The position numbers were made by a program, and so were the translations under genes. Shown in pieces: positions 13,020-25,759 of a stretch of 64,000 nt of DNA. Under the pieces are notes generated by a model. The model saw only the letters and a list, made by a program, of their open reading frames with translations. It had not been told where the DNA came from and searched no databases. The stretch spans positions 62,001-126,000 of the forward strand of contig QPGO01000154.1 of assembly GCA_008632985.1 (NCBI GenBank), read 5' to 3'. Positions within the stretch are counted from its first letter, which is position 1. The number at the start of each line of letters is the position of its first letter. The DNA is from Psammoneis japonica. Lineage: Eukaryota.

Positions 13020-13803
13020 TCATCCTTTTGCAGTTTCTGCGGTCGGATAGCGACGAAAGAGTTGCTGGACGACACTCCGTGGCGCATACGTAAATAGTGT
13101 CGCCGGGTACACAGCACTGCCCCATTTTGGATGAGTCAAAATTTTGCAAAAGCCTGCATTATGCGACTTGTAGTTCAAGAGACATTCCATTCCATCCACT
13201 TCAGAGTAAACCTAACGTGAGTTTAGAAGAAACGAAATGGTTACTTCGAGGTGCTCAACGAGAAATGGTGGGTATGCCATGAGGCAGGCAAGATAATCCT
13301 ACCTTGTTACAGTTCAATGTTAGCATTGGCAAGCCAGAGCAAGGATCAATAAAGTCAGCCCAATATCCTCGTGATCTAAGCGTCGTACACATCTCTTTCC
13401 CAAAGTTGATAAACTAATAAATCGGCGAAACATGCGCGGTTAGAAGGACAGGATAAAGTGGGGTGCGTACACAAAGTACGGCAGGAAAAACAACGATACT
13501 CACGACATTCAGTAACCGGTCCTTCTCAGCCTCAATATGATCTCCAACCGCCACAAGATCCTCCCTCGCTCTCTGATTCGTTGGTATAGCCATAAGCTCC
13601 ATTGGACCGACGTCGTCGCCTTGATCGGCATGATGATCTGTGTTCGTTGGAAAGCCAATGTAGTTGTCGCCGAAGACATGCTTGAACTCTCTTAAAAGAG
13701 GTTTTGGGAGTGTGTGAATGGAGGCCTCTAGTGCATCTTGGGAGTTCTCTCGAGGACAAATCAATGTGGGAGGCACAATGGTCGACGCCGTTGTGACGGA
13801 CAT
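13020..13803 (-). CDS. MMADHC: Cobalamin trafficking protein CblD/MMADHC-like; introns 13414-13503 and 13212-13302 (start may lie further upstream)
   Basis: The spliced product contains [53 protein letters not shown], the conserved MMADHC core. Confidence 0.85.
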
Positions 13804-14345
13804 GGTTGAGAAGGCGACTGGCGACTGACGTCTCTGAGCGGTGGTGTAGTGGTGTGAATGAAAGGAACGGAAGAGCGACGAGGTGAGGCGCTGACGGCTG
13901 ACGGCCTTCAACCACGCGACGGCGGGCGAGCCAGACTCAATCGACACCAGCGACTAACTGCTAACTGGAGCCCGCCTTATCCACTGTCACTGTCCATCCG
14001 AAGTCCCAGGTCTTTTCTCTTGTCGCACTACCCTGCGTCCTTTCCTTTTTCGTTTGTATTTTTGAGCAAAGTGATTTGACAACCACATCTGTACCGGTAC
14101 CACCTTCAGACACTCCAAACACATGTTGTCATCATGTCTGCTCTTGCGGCGCCGTTCACGCGTCGTCAATCTCAATCGACTCATTGTCCACACCCATGAA
14201 CAAAAGTTGAGTTCAACACAGCGTTCGACATTCTTTCCGTTTCCTGATTGACTACCAAGTACCAACAAAATGATTCCACAGCGGCAAGACTCGGATGGCG
14301 GCTTTGAAAAATTCATGCAGCACTTTCAATCCGAGCAAACAAACC

Positions 14346-15545
14346 ATGTCGTCTTCTCATGATTCGGCAACTCCTGAATCATCCCAGCAAGCATCACGAG
14401 ACCGAGATGTTACTGTCGAATACAGCAAAACGAGTGGCTGCATCGAGACAACACTACAGAACCTGCGGAAGAAGACTATGATTTCAACATGGCGCACCCC
14501 CCATTGACTTTTAGTACAACCATCTCGTCATCTCAAGAGGAAGGATCCTACGACTCAATGTACAAGGAAGATAGTTCAAAAGAAACACCAAGAAAGAGGA
14601 AAAACATATGAATGGTGGATACGAGCCTCTTCCCTGGCCAAGCTGGGTCGACGAGAAGAGCTCTTCCACGGTTTCTTCTGTTTCGCCCTCTACTACAAAA
14701 GTATCGCCACTGCATGTTGTGTCTCCAGTACAGTCACTGCACTCGAGTGAAGCAGAAAAGATTCCTGAGAAATTTACAAGGCGACTCTTCGACTGGTGGG
14801 TGCTAGGAAGAAGCTTCGTAAGCTTTTAGGCGCAGAAGCCATACAGACATGTGGAGAACTGAGCGCTCGAAAACGGTTTGGTAATTAACGCTGCTGGAAA
14901 CTTTTGTGTTGCCGTTACAAAGGCGACAAGGAAAACGATGAAGAGTACGACCCTTATGATTTCGGCGTGTATGATGAGGACCCAGAAAAGATCATTGAGG
15001 GTTTTCGAAAAAGCATAGAGGGCACACGAGCTGTTGGCGAAAAGCGAGCAGATAATGATGGAATAAATTTCCGCTCATCAACCTTTTCCCAAGCGGGCAA
15101 AGATTGATGGAAGATGGGGCAGGACGGGACGGACGAAGAGGCTTGACTAGATCAAGCCCATTGTCGAGGGACGATCTTGTCAAACCTGCTTCTATTAAAT
15201 TGGCATCATTGTCTCGACCAGGCACTCCCGACTCCATTCATATCGGCTTCGAGTCAAAAGTCTACGCTTCATCCAAGACGCAAATCTTCTCTCCAGGCCA
15301 GTTTGTCTAGCTTCTCTCCATCCACTGATATCTCTTTAGGTGCTTCAAACTCAATAGACTTATCATCCTCTTTAACCTCTCCAAGCTCTTCGACTGCGAC
15401 GACTCCGTCTGTGGAGGTATTTCAAGTGGACCCCTCGTTAGTAGATTCCTCGGCGCGGCGATCTCATTCCATCGAAGAATCGAATGATAGCTCTTCGCCC
15501 TCTTTGTTTGACATGCTTTCCGACACGTCAAGTAATGAGACGTAA
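14346..15545 (+). pseudogene. Fragmented Ser-rich coding-like region
   Basis: A chain of short protein-like + strand ORFs (MSSSHDS.., GYEPLPWP.., DEEYDPYDFG.., Ser-rich tail) broken by stops and frame changes, with no convincing introns. Confidence 0.25.
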
Positions 15546-16260
15546 ACTATAGGGCTTTGGTTTGCAATTAACTCACTGTCGTACATGATTCACGGTGGAA
15601 TCAGAATATTGAAGCTATTACTTTCAAAAGTGCAGCATGAGTCAGCATATGATTGCTTCCATGTATCCGTCATTTTCTTCATAGGCCAACGGTCGGTGGG
15701 AGAATGCAATATTAGCATGGGTTGTATTCCGTTTGGATTGTATTTGGCCAGCAAAACTATGAACAGAACCATGTTATCGAATTGAGGAAAGGTTTAATCA
15801 AAGAAATCTATGCACTATTTTAGAAACTACAGAAGAAGCAGCCAATGCCTCTATCGTGTTTGATTTTGGACTATGTTGAACCATTTAAGAATCAACAAAC
15901 CCAATGAACGTAATGCCGGTATATGGCAGTCTTTTAGTATTTTTGGTAGAGATGGAACAAACGAACCACCAATGAACAGACGAGTGAAATAATATTAAGG
16001 TCTGTCGGCCGAGTTTTTCTTGCGAAGAGCGATAGAATACTCGATATCCGTTGTGGGGATGCCCGACTTGCGGTAAATATTCAACATCGTTTCCAAGTCT
16101 TTTAGCGAGCAGCGAGAATACATATCCTCGTGTTGGTCGGAGGAGTTGTCTTGACCTGAAGTTGAGGTTGTTGTCGATGCAGAGTTTCCTTGAGTTGTAG
16201 CCGTTGAGGTCGACGCCGAGACCGGCTTCTTCAGAATGTCTTGGTCTCGCAGCGGCATCA

Positions 16261-17427
16261 TCAGCACATCTCCAACTTGCTGGACCAGTTTGGGCTTTTT
16301 GCACTGGTATTGTAAGGTATGCCGGGGATCGTTGGCATGTGTCGTAGAAAGAGAGAATGAGGAGGGTTCGTCCATTGCTCTCTCCACCCTTTATTGTGAT
16401 CCAAACCGAAAATCCGACAAATGCGCAAGATCATCAGAAGCCTTCTACAGGAAAACTCATCATCTTCAAGCTGCTCCCTTGTACCATTGAGAACGAAAAA
16501 GGTCCATAATGTTTGGCGAAGAAGGTTCATGTCAACCGTAGCCCTAGCCATCCAACGACGATGTCGGTTCGCTTCGCGAGAAAAGGCTTCTGTCAGGCGG
16601 ATCATGTCCTTCTCTTCCTCGCGTTGCTATTCCACATAAACGAGGACAAACAATTTATGTTAGATTGGACATTTTAAGACAGATAAAAGATTACATCCTG
16701 TACGTACCACGCTGAGTTCCGTAATCTCCCTTTCACATTCGTTTTTTTGGTTCGTTGCCCTGTTGAGCCGAGATTTCGCTTTTTCTAACTCTTTCTTCTT
16801 TGTCTCGAATATTGCTTTAGCGTCCGCTACTTCATCCTCAAGTCTATACTTTTCCTCGTATGCGTTTTCTTGCTCCTTCTTGTTGGATTCTTCCGTTTCC
16901 TTCTTTGACGCTAGCCGTTTTTCGATTTCTTCCAACTTATCCTGTGATTGTACCTGGATGTCACTGTAAGAACTTGGGAGAGTTCGAAATAATAGCGGGA
17001 TCGTATCATGGGGATTCCTGACATCATAAACCGTTCCTTCAGTAGGTACAAAGCTTTCTGCCAATGCATCGAGGAGCTTGTCATCGCCGTCTAGCTCCAT
17101 GTCTTCGGGAGGTTCTTGGTGCACGTTGCTGGGAGCGAGAACATAGACGGCGGCGGGGGTTGTGGCGGCAGGAGTGCCGTAAAGAGGCGAAGGACCAAAA
17201 ATAGATGAGGCATTGTAAGGAGTGTGAATGGAGGGAAGCGTTGCTGAGAAAGATCCGATCGAACCAGCGGTGCTAGTCGGCGTGTTATTAGCAACGCGCA
17301 CTGGAGCCGTTGTTTGCATGATGCGACTTTGAGGGGGCACATGTGGGGGGCTGAGCACAGGGCTGAACATTGCCTCCGCTCGACGTTTCTTCTGACTGTG
17401 ATGCGGAGAACTCATTGGATAGCTCAT
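16261..17427 (-). CDS. Hypothetical coiled-coil protein; probable intron 16627-16707
   Basis: Pro/Ser-rich N-terminus and a K/E coiled coil. A gtacgt..atag intron joins ELSV to QREEEKDMIRL in frame. Confidence 0.6.
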
Positions 17428-17596
17428 TGTGCACGTTTACGAAGTAGAATTTGTAATGCAGTTGCTCGCCGTTGTTGATGCTGGTGGTCGTTGCGTTTGG
17501 CCTGTTGTTTGAAAGAAAAGTGAGTACAAATCCACATACGAAGGCATGCAACGCATATTTCATACAGAATATTCCGTATGTACAACGTGTACGAAT

Positions 17597-17905
17597 TCTA
17601 CAAAGGCAATTGGAAGTACCAAGCGTCTTTGTAGCTTTCTACGTTTCGTAGAACTATGTACTAATTCGACAAAGGCATTTGACATTACAAGTGTCTTGGT
17701 AACTTTCTACGTTTCGTAGAAAATGTACTAATTCTACCAAGGCAGATGATAGTACCAATTGCCTTTGTAGGATTACACGTAAGTACAAAAGATACCAAAT
17801 CTACAAAGTCATTGCCATTACCAAGTGCCTTTGTACAATTTTACGCACGTACAACATACAACTACAATCGTTCAGAGTCATTGCCATTACCAAGTGTCTT
17901 GGTTT
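17597..17905. repeat. Degenerate tandem repeat, about 66-bp unit, about 5 copies, with internal palindromes
   Basis: Recurring ctacaaaggca..taccaag(t/c)g(t/c)ctttgta and ttctacgtttcgtagaa. Confidence 0.75.
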
Positions 17906-18934
17906 CTTTCAGCGCGACAGGGGTCATTCTTCCGTATCGGCGAAGAGTTGTGATAACCGCATTCAAGTAACTTGTATTTTAACATTTAGTGTGCATTGAA
18001 CTTACTTCACCAAGGCGTCATAGAGGTCATTATGGGTACGCGTGCTACAGTACGATGCTTTTCAATCCGTGGCAATCGGAGTACAGTACGGCCGCACCAT
18101 CACAATGACCCGCTCAGTGTCGTCGCCTTTTGTGTGATATGGCACTTTTATTGATAGGGTCGTCTCCTTCATTGTCCAATAAACTTGTGACGTGTTGGTT
18201 GATTGCTAAGGTTGTTTCTGTAGCGTTGCCGATCGCCGTTTGTACAAGCGCCGATGATTGGGGATTTTATTTTGGCTTAATTTGTATGGGTTTCTACAGG
18301 CTACAGGGCGTCATTTTTGTCGTCATGAGTACGCATTCGATTTGAGTAACAACATTGTGATGGATGATCCAGATTTTTTGAAGATAATATAAGAATAATA
18401 AGTTGAGTTGATCCATGTCTTGGTTTTTTAGAATGGAGTAGTGTGGGAGCAATGCGGGCGGCCTTGGCCCATGGCGTCGTCGTTTTTCGCTTCGAAAATT
18501 CGGTGAGGGAATCCCCTTCATCCTTGCACAACTCTGCACTTCGGTTGCATTTATCAACTCAAAAATGATCTTCCAGCTACAGGTAAAGGACGTTTAAGCT
18601 TCTCCATTCCCATGGATGTCTGAAACTGAAATTGCCTGGAGCTGGAAACATGCATTAGAGGCCATTGCTAAGCCACATCCTGAAGGGGTCAGGTTTCCCT
18701 TCCCTCCAAGCTCCACTCAGGGCCCTAGCTAGGAGGATGAAAGCCTTCTAAGACAAAACGGATTACTACCGGCGGGCTTTATAAATATTGTGCTTTTCTT
18801 TTCGCGCACTGGGTTTTAAGGCTACAGTAGCATTAGACGATCGGAAAACTTGCGCAAAAACAAGCGAGCTGTTCTGATTAGGTATTAGGTAAAATGCTGC
18901 TACTAATTTCTCTAATGAGTGAGAGAATAATAGT

Positions 18935-19156
18935 TTAACGAGGAGGGTTCTCTTTGTAGTACTCTTCAACGGCCTTGAGTCCTGGGTTACCGAAAAAGGT
19001 AGTGTAGCAAAGCCCTCCCGCGAGACCAATTACAAGAGCCTGTCCAGCGCAAATGACAAGACCCTGGAGAGGTGGTTTAGCTCCCAAGCCGACAGCCTTG
19101 CGGGCGAGCGGACCAGGTCCGTATAGTCTAGGATTCCGGTTTACAATGCGCTCCAT
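18935..19156 (-). CDS. 73-aa single-TM protein, COX6C/Cox9-like
   Basis: Basic N-terminus, one TM helix, then YTTFFGNPGLKAVEEYYKE, resembling the C-terminus of cytochrome c oxidase subunit VIc. Confidence 0.55.
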   Translation of the reverse strand: MERIVNRNPRLYGPGPLARKAVGLGAKPPLQGLVICAGQALVIGLAGGLCYTTFFGNPGLKAVEEYYKENPPR

Positions 19157-19832
19157 TACTCTAAAGAAATCAGTAGTGAAAGCAGAAGCAAATAAGAGTA
19201 AGATACACTTCTTGAAAATACCAATAGTCTGAATGCAGTCAATGGAAGGAAGAATAATTCGAGACTCTCGATTCTTCCTCTTTCCTTTTCGTCGCCATCT
19301 TTTCGTTCAGTTTTCTTCACAACCCCATCAAAACATGCCAATATTGCCCAATTGACCCACTCGATCACACGACGTAGAATCAGTACCAAAGCTACGTGGA
19401 AAAGCTTCGTACGTTGCGAGTGTCGCAATGGCGTTCGCGTTGTAACCGCCTTTGCATCCATTGTTCTCCCATCATTCATCATTCTACTTGATCCGCATAC
19501 ATCGCTCCCATCATGTCGTCGCCAAAAGTACAGCACAAAAGGCCATCGCTAGACACCATCGTCGCATCCCTTACCTTCGTCGTCACGTCGTCGGCGAGAA
19601 CTTCTTGTGTGCGACTCGTCACGTAGAGTTTACAGCGTGTTCAGTACCTGCGTAATTTTAGTACAAAAACCCCGTAGAGGCAATCCGAACTTCCGCATCC
19701 CCGCGCGCGTACGTCACGCGTGCGAGTGTCGTCGCGTCGTCGTTCGTCGTCGGCCATCTGGCTGCTGCCGGCGAACGGCAGAACGCAGAACGGATCTTTT
19801 CGAATCATCATCGCATTTGCCTTCTGTTGACG

Positions 19833-20435
19833 ATGTTGACTGCTGCTCGGGTAACTTCGTCGCTGCGGCCGGTCCTCCGGACCGTTCCCTTCCAGACTTG
19901 CCGTTCAATGACTGTCCTGTCGAAAGAGAGTGGGGAAGAGTACAAGAAACAGGTGAGAAATTGACTCTGAATGCGCCAAATGCCGATGCGGTATGTATCT
20001 GGTAGCAATTCACACAGAGATTTTATTTCCCGTTGATTGCAGAACTACACAAGCCGCATGAAGAAACTGGGACGACCCGTTAGTCCTCATGTAACGATTT
20101 ACGCTTTTCCGATAGTTGCAATCTCTTCCATCACAAACCGAGTCACCGGTGTCATGTTGGCTCTCGGAGCAGCTGGGCTTGGATTTACTGAGTTGGTTGG
20201 CGGTGCCGGCACTTCTGTTTGGTTGATGCACGAAATTGGAAGCCAGGGGCCCCTCATTGCATACACAGCCAAGTTTGCAGTGGCTTTTCCGTGCGTGTAT
20301 CACTACTTTGGAGCTGTTCGACACTTTGCGTGGGACTACACTCCAGAGATGCTTACTAACGTTGACGCGGAAAAGTCTTCCTACATTGTTGTCGGAGCTT
20401 CACTCTTTGTCAGTGGAGCAATTACGCTCATGTAG
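19833..20435 (+). CDS. SDH3: Succinate dehydrogenase cytochrome b560 subunit; intron 19953-20042
   Basis: Arg-rich mitochondrial presequence MLTAARVTSSLRP, RPVSPHVTIY, SSITNRVTG, YHYFGAVRHFAWD. Confidence 0.93.
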
Positions 20436-20571
20436 ATTAGGGATATGAACACATCAGGATAATTGTAAGCTTCAATGTGATAGAAGAGCAGAGACTGACG
20501 TAAATAGAAGTATTGTAACATAATCAACGTAAGCTATCTGTTTCCTTAATTTTTACTACAGTGCATGTAAG

Positions 20572-23500
20572 TTAGGGTAGGTTACTATCCTTAAGCGCGT
20601 TCATGAGAGCCCCTCCTCTCCTCATTCCAATTGCGGGTGCTTGCTTGACCAAATCGTCTGTAGGTTTCTCGTAGCCTTCAGGCTGTACTGTCTTCCCAAT
20701 GGCGGTGTACAGCTCGTCATCGTCCAATCCGAGAGTTTCTAGGGTCAACTGCAAGTCACGCGGTGTAATGGACTCTACAACGGCGTGAAAGTCAGTAACG
20801 CACAAAGGCCCCTTCTTGGGGATAGACTCTTCCTGAAGGCCGTTCATGAGTGTTTGTGACCAGTAAGCAGTTGTGCGCAGCTCTCCTTCGTGGCGATTCA
20901 GAACGACACCTGCAATAGACAACAAGTGAGGATAAGAGTTAGCAGGAACGAGCGAAAGGAATGGTTGGCCACACTCAATTACGCCGACTCACGTTTTGCA
21001 GACTCCACATTATCTGCAGTGATAATGCTAGACTTGCGGATACTGTGTAGTGTCTCCTTGCATGCTTCGAGTGCTTGTTGGGCCTTCTCCTTCGACGCCG
21101 TCACGGTGACAAGGAACCAACCACCAAACAACCTTTCAAAGCCGGTGAATGAAAAGTTGGCATCATAAGTGAGCTGCTTTCGTTCCCGGACAGTACTAAA
21201 GAGACGTCGATTAATAATCTCGGAAAGCAGCGACAAGGCCACGTTTCCGAAAAGTGGATGCGCCCGGCGTTTCTTATCATAGTCACTTGCTTTCTTATCC
21301 GCAGCGGCGACTCTGTCTGCAACGGTAGTGCCATCCGCAAGGTAGCCCCACATGTTTGGAGCTGCTCCGGCTACGTATGCGACGGCACGCGGATCAGAAT
21401 CGGGGAGTTCCAACTCAAGGAACTTTCCGGGAGTCTTTAATTCTGGCACTTTCCCGAAATCGTGAGCTTCGTTAATATTCAAACCTTCGCGGTACTCCGA
21501 GTTGGTGTCTGCGGGGATGCTTCCCAGATATTTGAGCATCATGTTTAGCACATCCTGCACTTCAAAGTCGCCAGCCACCGAAATCTCAATCTCTGACGGG
21601 AGAAGCTGAGACATCACAGCGAGTTTGGCTTCTTCCAGAGTAATGCTGTTTACGGTGTCAACGTCAATGGAAAGGAACCTTTGTAGACCAGGTACACAAG
21701 AAAAACACGACAGTGAACATGAGATACAAGTCCTGAACTGCCAAGCTCAAGAAAACTGCAACACAAAGCGGACCTACCTGTCGTCGTTCTGAGTCATACT
21801 TTCCATGACAACCTCCGTGCTTAGACCTTCTAGATTCTTCTGAAGGGTTTCGTGGGCAGAACGGAAGCTTTGTTTGCTTCTACCAAGAGCGTCCTCTTCC
21901 CAGTGAAAGCCTACTAGAATTTCGCGAACAACCTGCATTACCGCTTCCGTACCAGTAATACCCAACTGGACGTCGTCTCCAAAGCCAACATTTCCCACGT
22001 TGGTGGTTGGGAAAACGAAATCAATTGTCAGGGCTTCTTCATTGCAAGTGATCTCTACCATCAAGAGATGGTCGACACAAAAAAGCTCCACCTGCTCCCG
22101 CGTCCACGGGCCAAAAGCTCCACCTTCCTGCATAGTACGGGCGCCAATAGCCATGCTTCCATTCTTGAATCCGAATCGTTTCTCGGCGTCGCGCCCACCA
22201 GGTGCGGTCAGACGAAGGTGTCCTCTCTGGGATTCAGCCTGATTCCGTGCGACACCAATACGGATTCCATTGCCAAGCCGGCGTAAAACAAAAGGACGAG
22301 TGATGGTGTTTGCAGCAGTGGGAGGAGTGCCATCCGTGAACTCGCCGCCCTTCCACTCGGGTGGGTACTCGGTCACCGCCTTTTCGAGTTCGTCAGCAGG
22401 GATAAGTGTATGTGGAACGACAACATCGACTTCGGGTTCGATTTCGACTTGGCAGGCTTCGTAGATGGCTTTCACGAGACTGTCCTCGTCACAGTATGCA
22501 GGGCTACCAGGTTCAACGTTCTTCGGAGAGCAAGCAACGGCAATGACAGGTCCCTCAGCGAGATCATCATCTGCAGCAGCTTCGTTAAGGTTTGTAATAT
22601 GTGAGCACAGTTCATGGGCAGCAGCGTTCACTTCCTCAAGTGTCAAGGATGACAAAGCCCTCGCCGTCATGATATAAGACTGCTCGGGTGACATGAAAGT
22701 GTGTCCGTTGGCAACGGTTTCCATGAGATAGGAGAGTTGGTCTCCATGGCTGATTCGATCTCCCTGAGCTGCGAGCTGTTCAGCGTCCGTCATTAGAGAC
22801 GATGCGTAGCGTTCCATCTCACCAGGCGTTACTCCAAAATGGCCCAGTTTGCGAATCTCAGATAGAGATTTGCAAATAGCATCCTTCCATCGGTGAGGCT
22901 CAGCTGTCATGTCGAGACTGCACACCGCACAACCCTCTCTCGCAGAATCGAGTTGATTGAATTCGACAAACGTAAACGCAGGATCGTCACTTCGTCCACC
23001 AACGTTCAACCTAATCTGTAGCGCCGCCAGGGCTATACGGCGTGCTAAGCTACGACGAAACGATTCCATGTCCGCAATCGGATCCACCGGTCTCTTCGCG
23101 AACAGGTGAAGAGAGAATGCCTGCAATAGTTCATGGCTACAAGCACAAGGAAAGCGAGACACAGGGAAAAGAAGGCTTAGCATCGTACTCAATATTCCAC
23201 GCCTCGCATATTTGCGCTGTAACTTACCGAAAGATATGTGGGCGAATCTTCTTGCCAGGCTTGATTTCCTCAGTCTTGAGGAAATCTACCTCTTCATCGA
23301 GTGGCATTGGTTTCTGCAAATGAATGTCATAATCGATTTCTTTGTCCAATGACGTCAAATGCTTTTCATCATAAGTTTTTACGGGTACGCACCAGTCATG
23401 GCGGACCGGTGGGTAGTGCCAACTCTGAGCAGCCTTGACGGTAGTTTCAATGACAGCATCCGCAAGATCACTTGCTTCTTCCTTTAGCTCCGGAATTCTG

Positions 23501-24628
23501 ATATCAGCAGCCTGTTTGTCGGCACTCAAGTGACCAAATCTATCCGCGATTGTCTTTTCGGCTTCATCGGGATCGATATCACCCACAAGATACAGCAAGA
23601 CATTGTCCGGGCGATAATGGGTGCGATGCCAAGTACGGACGTCATCACCGTTCCAAGTACGAATCAAAGACTCTTTTCCAATCGGAAAGCGTTTCGCCAA
23701 ACGATTTTCACGGTGAAGAGTCGAAAGAATCTGACACTCGACGCGGTATTCGATAGTATTAACCATTGTCATTTCCGACAAGACAGCTGCACGTTCCTTT
23801 TCAAGTCGAGACTGTTCGACACGAGCCTCCATCACGTCAACGAGCGCATCAAGCGCCATTGGAAGCATAGGAGCGTCTCCACGAGGTGTTTTTGTTGGAC
23901 AAGCAGCATAAAAGACAGTGTGGTGGAAATCAGTGTATGCATTGGTCTGCGATCCCGTACCAAAAAGGCGTTCACGCTTCCGAGAACCCATGTAAGCAAC
24001 ATGCTCTGTCAAGTGTGCAATGCCCTGTTGCGGCTCGAGCTCGTCGGCTTTCGATAAGCAAGTCCATCGAAAATTACGCATAAGTACATATGTGACAAAG
24101 ATTACAAGGTCAGCGTCCCAACTATTAAGCGAGTAAATGCAACTCATAGCACAGGATCGATCACTCACCTGAACCAGAGAAGACCTGCAAATGTGCTTCG
24201 AAGCGACCAGGCGGACTCCTGTTTGGGAGAATGATGTAAGGCAAGCCATTGTCAAGAACGCCACTTCGCACGTCTGCATGAACTGGAAGCTCTTCCTGTG
24301 ATGGTGCAGCGACCTTTTCAGGTGCTAATCGGTTCAGTGGAGAAATATGCGGACGAACGCTCGGGTGCTTCACTCCTTTCTTCGTCTCACTTCCTCTGAG
24401 AGACGCTTCAGCGGAAGTTGAAGATTTTCCAGTCTTTCCAAAGAGCGACTTGATTGAAAATCCCTCCGAGCTACTGTCTTTCATAACCAATGGCGACCGT
24501 TGAACGACCGAAGGAGACGTGCTGATGCCCCATTTTTTCGGTGATGGCGATAGCGAGAAACCCCAAGCAGGCGCTGCGAAAGCCACGCATACCGCCACCA
24601 GAATGGCAGGTTTGACACGGAGATTCAT
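20572..24628 (-). CDS. SPP: Plastid stromal processing peptidase (M16 metallopeptidase), multi-exon
   Basis: Signal peptide ending AWG-FSL, SGVLDNGLPYIIL, inverted zinc motif HLTEH, TNAYTDFHHTVF, RFPIG, HYRPDN, RLFSTVRERKQLTYD. Consecutive ORFs are separated by short GT-AG introns. Confidence 0.92.
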
Positions 24629-25152
24629 TCTACAAGTCCGCTTATTCAATCTTGCTTTCTGAATCGATCAAGCTAGCAACTTCACAATGCAGATAGCAAC
24701 AAGAGGTGTCTCCCCAGCCTACTTCAAGGCTACCGCTCACTTTCTTCTCAGCTCACAAGTCGAAATAGAGAAATTCACCGCAGAGCGGCTGGCAACTCGA
24801 TCGGCTCGCTTCGTTGATTATCGTCGGCTCGGAGGGAGCTTCAAAACCGTTGCGTAGAAACATACCAATTCCTCTGTACGAGCCATTGTGACGTATTTTT
24901 TCGCCATCACCAGCTCATTGCCAATTGAAAATAATCCTTCGTACCGTGCGCGTACGTAGAATATGGTACAGTCCGACCGACGCCCGTTCAAGTTGTACCT
25001 AAGAGCTCAGCGCCTAATAACAATACACCTGTTGATGAGATGTTGCGATGTGTTGTGAGTTGTGAGTTGACGATGGTGGCGAATGAGAGCAACTCTCGTA
25101 CTACTCTATCTAAAAACACGAAGCTGCAAGAAACAAGTCTCATAAAAGCGTT

Positions 25153-25545
25153 ATGATGAAGTATGGTTATGTTTTATCCGCGACTCTCACAGTGGTTTTC
25201 TTTTCGTTGGGAGAAGCCTTCGGGCCCGCAGGAAGCGGTATTTCCAGAGCTCACCTTTGCGTTCCACACCGCACCCCCAGTCCTCTGTTTGCAAAGATGT
25301 CTGGTGGTGGTGGTGACAAGATCTCTAAAAAGCGACGTGACCAGCTAGGAATCGCCGACGATGAAGATGAATATGATTTGGGATTTGCTCTTGAACAAAA
25401 CACGGATCCTTTGATTACCAAGATTATTGCAGGTTCTTTGATCCTTGTCATTATTTCTCTCCTCGTTGTCGGTGTCATTGTGCCTTCCCTTACAGATTAT
25501 GGCGAGGGTGTGTGCAGCCCTATTCAATCAGGCGGAAGATGTTAA
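25153..25545 (+). CDS. Small plastid-targeted single-TM protein
   Basis: Signal peptide ending GEA-FGP, a transit-like segment, an acidic patch and a TM helix. Confidence 0.75.
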   Translation: MMKYGYVLSATLTVVFFSLGEAFGPAGSGISRAHLCVPHRTPSPLFAKMSGGGGDKISKKRRDQLGIADDEDEYDLGFALEQNTDPLITKIIAGSLILVIISLLVVGVIVPSLTDYGEGVCSPIQSGGRC

Positions 25546-25759
25546 AGTCTAGGCGCTTGGTCTTTTGAACGCATTGCTTGGCCACTTCTGCTAACTACCA
25601 TATTGCTTGAAGATACAAACAAAGAGCGGCGCTAAGCCACGGAATTGAGACTATCGGTCACTACTAAGCTTATTTCTTGAAAACAGTAGATGATTTCACT
25701 CTACATATACTCAAACTCAGTTGTGTTTTGTTGTGTACAGTACAACGACTCAAGAATGT

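Noticed and set aside
15885..16387. Separate genes at 15885-16304 and 15995-16387
   Set aside because: They overlap the spliced 3' exon of the 17427 gene and have no recognisable motif. An alternative 3' frame cannot be excluded.
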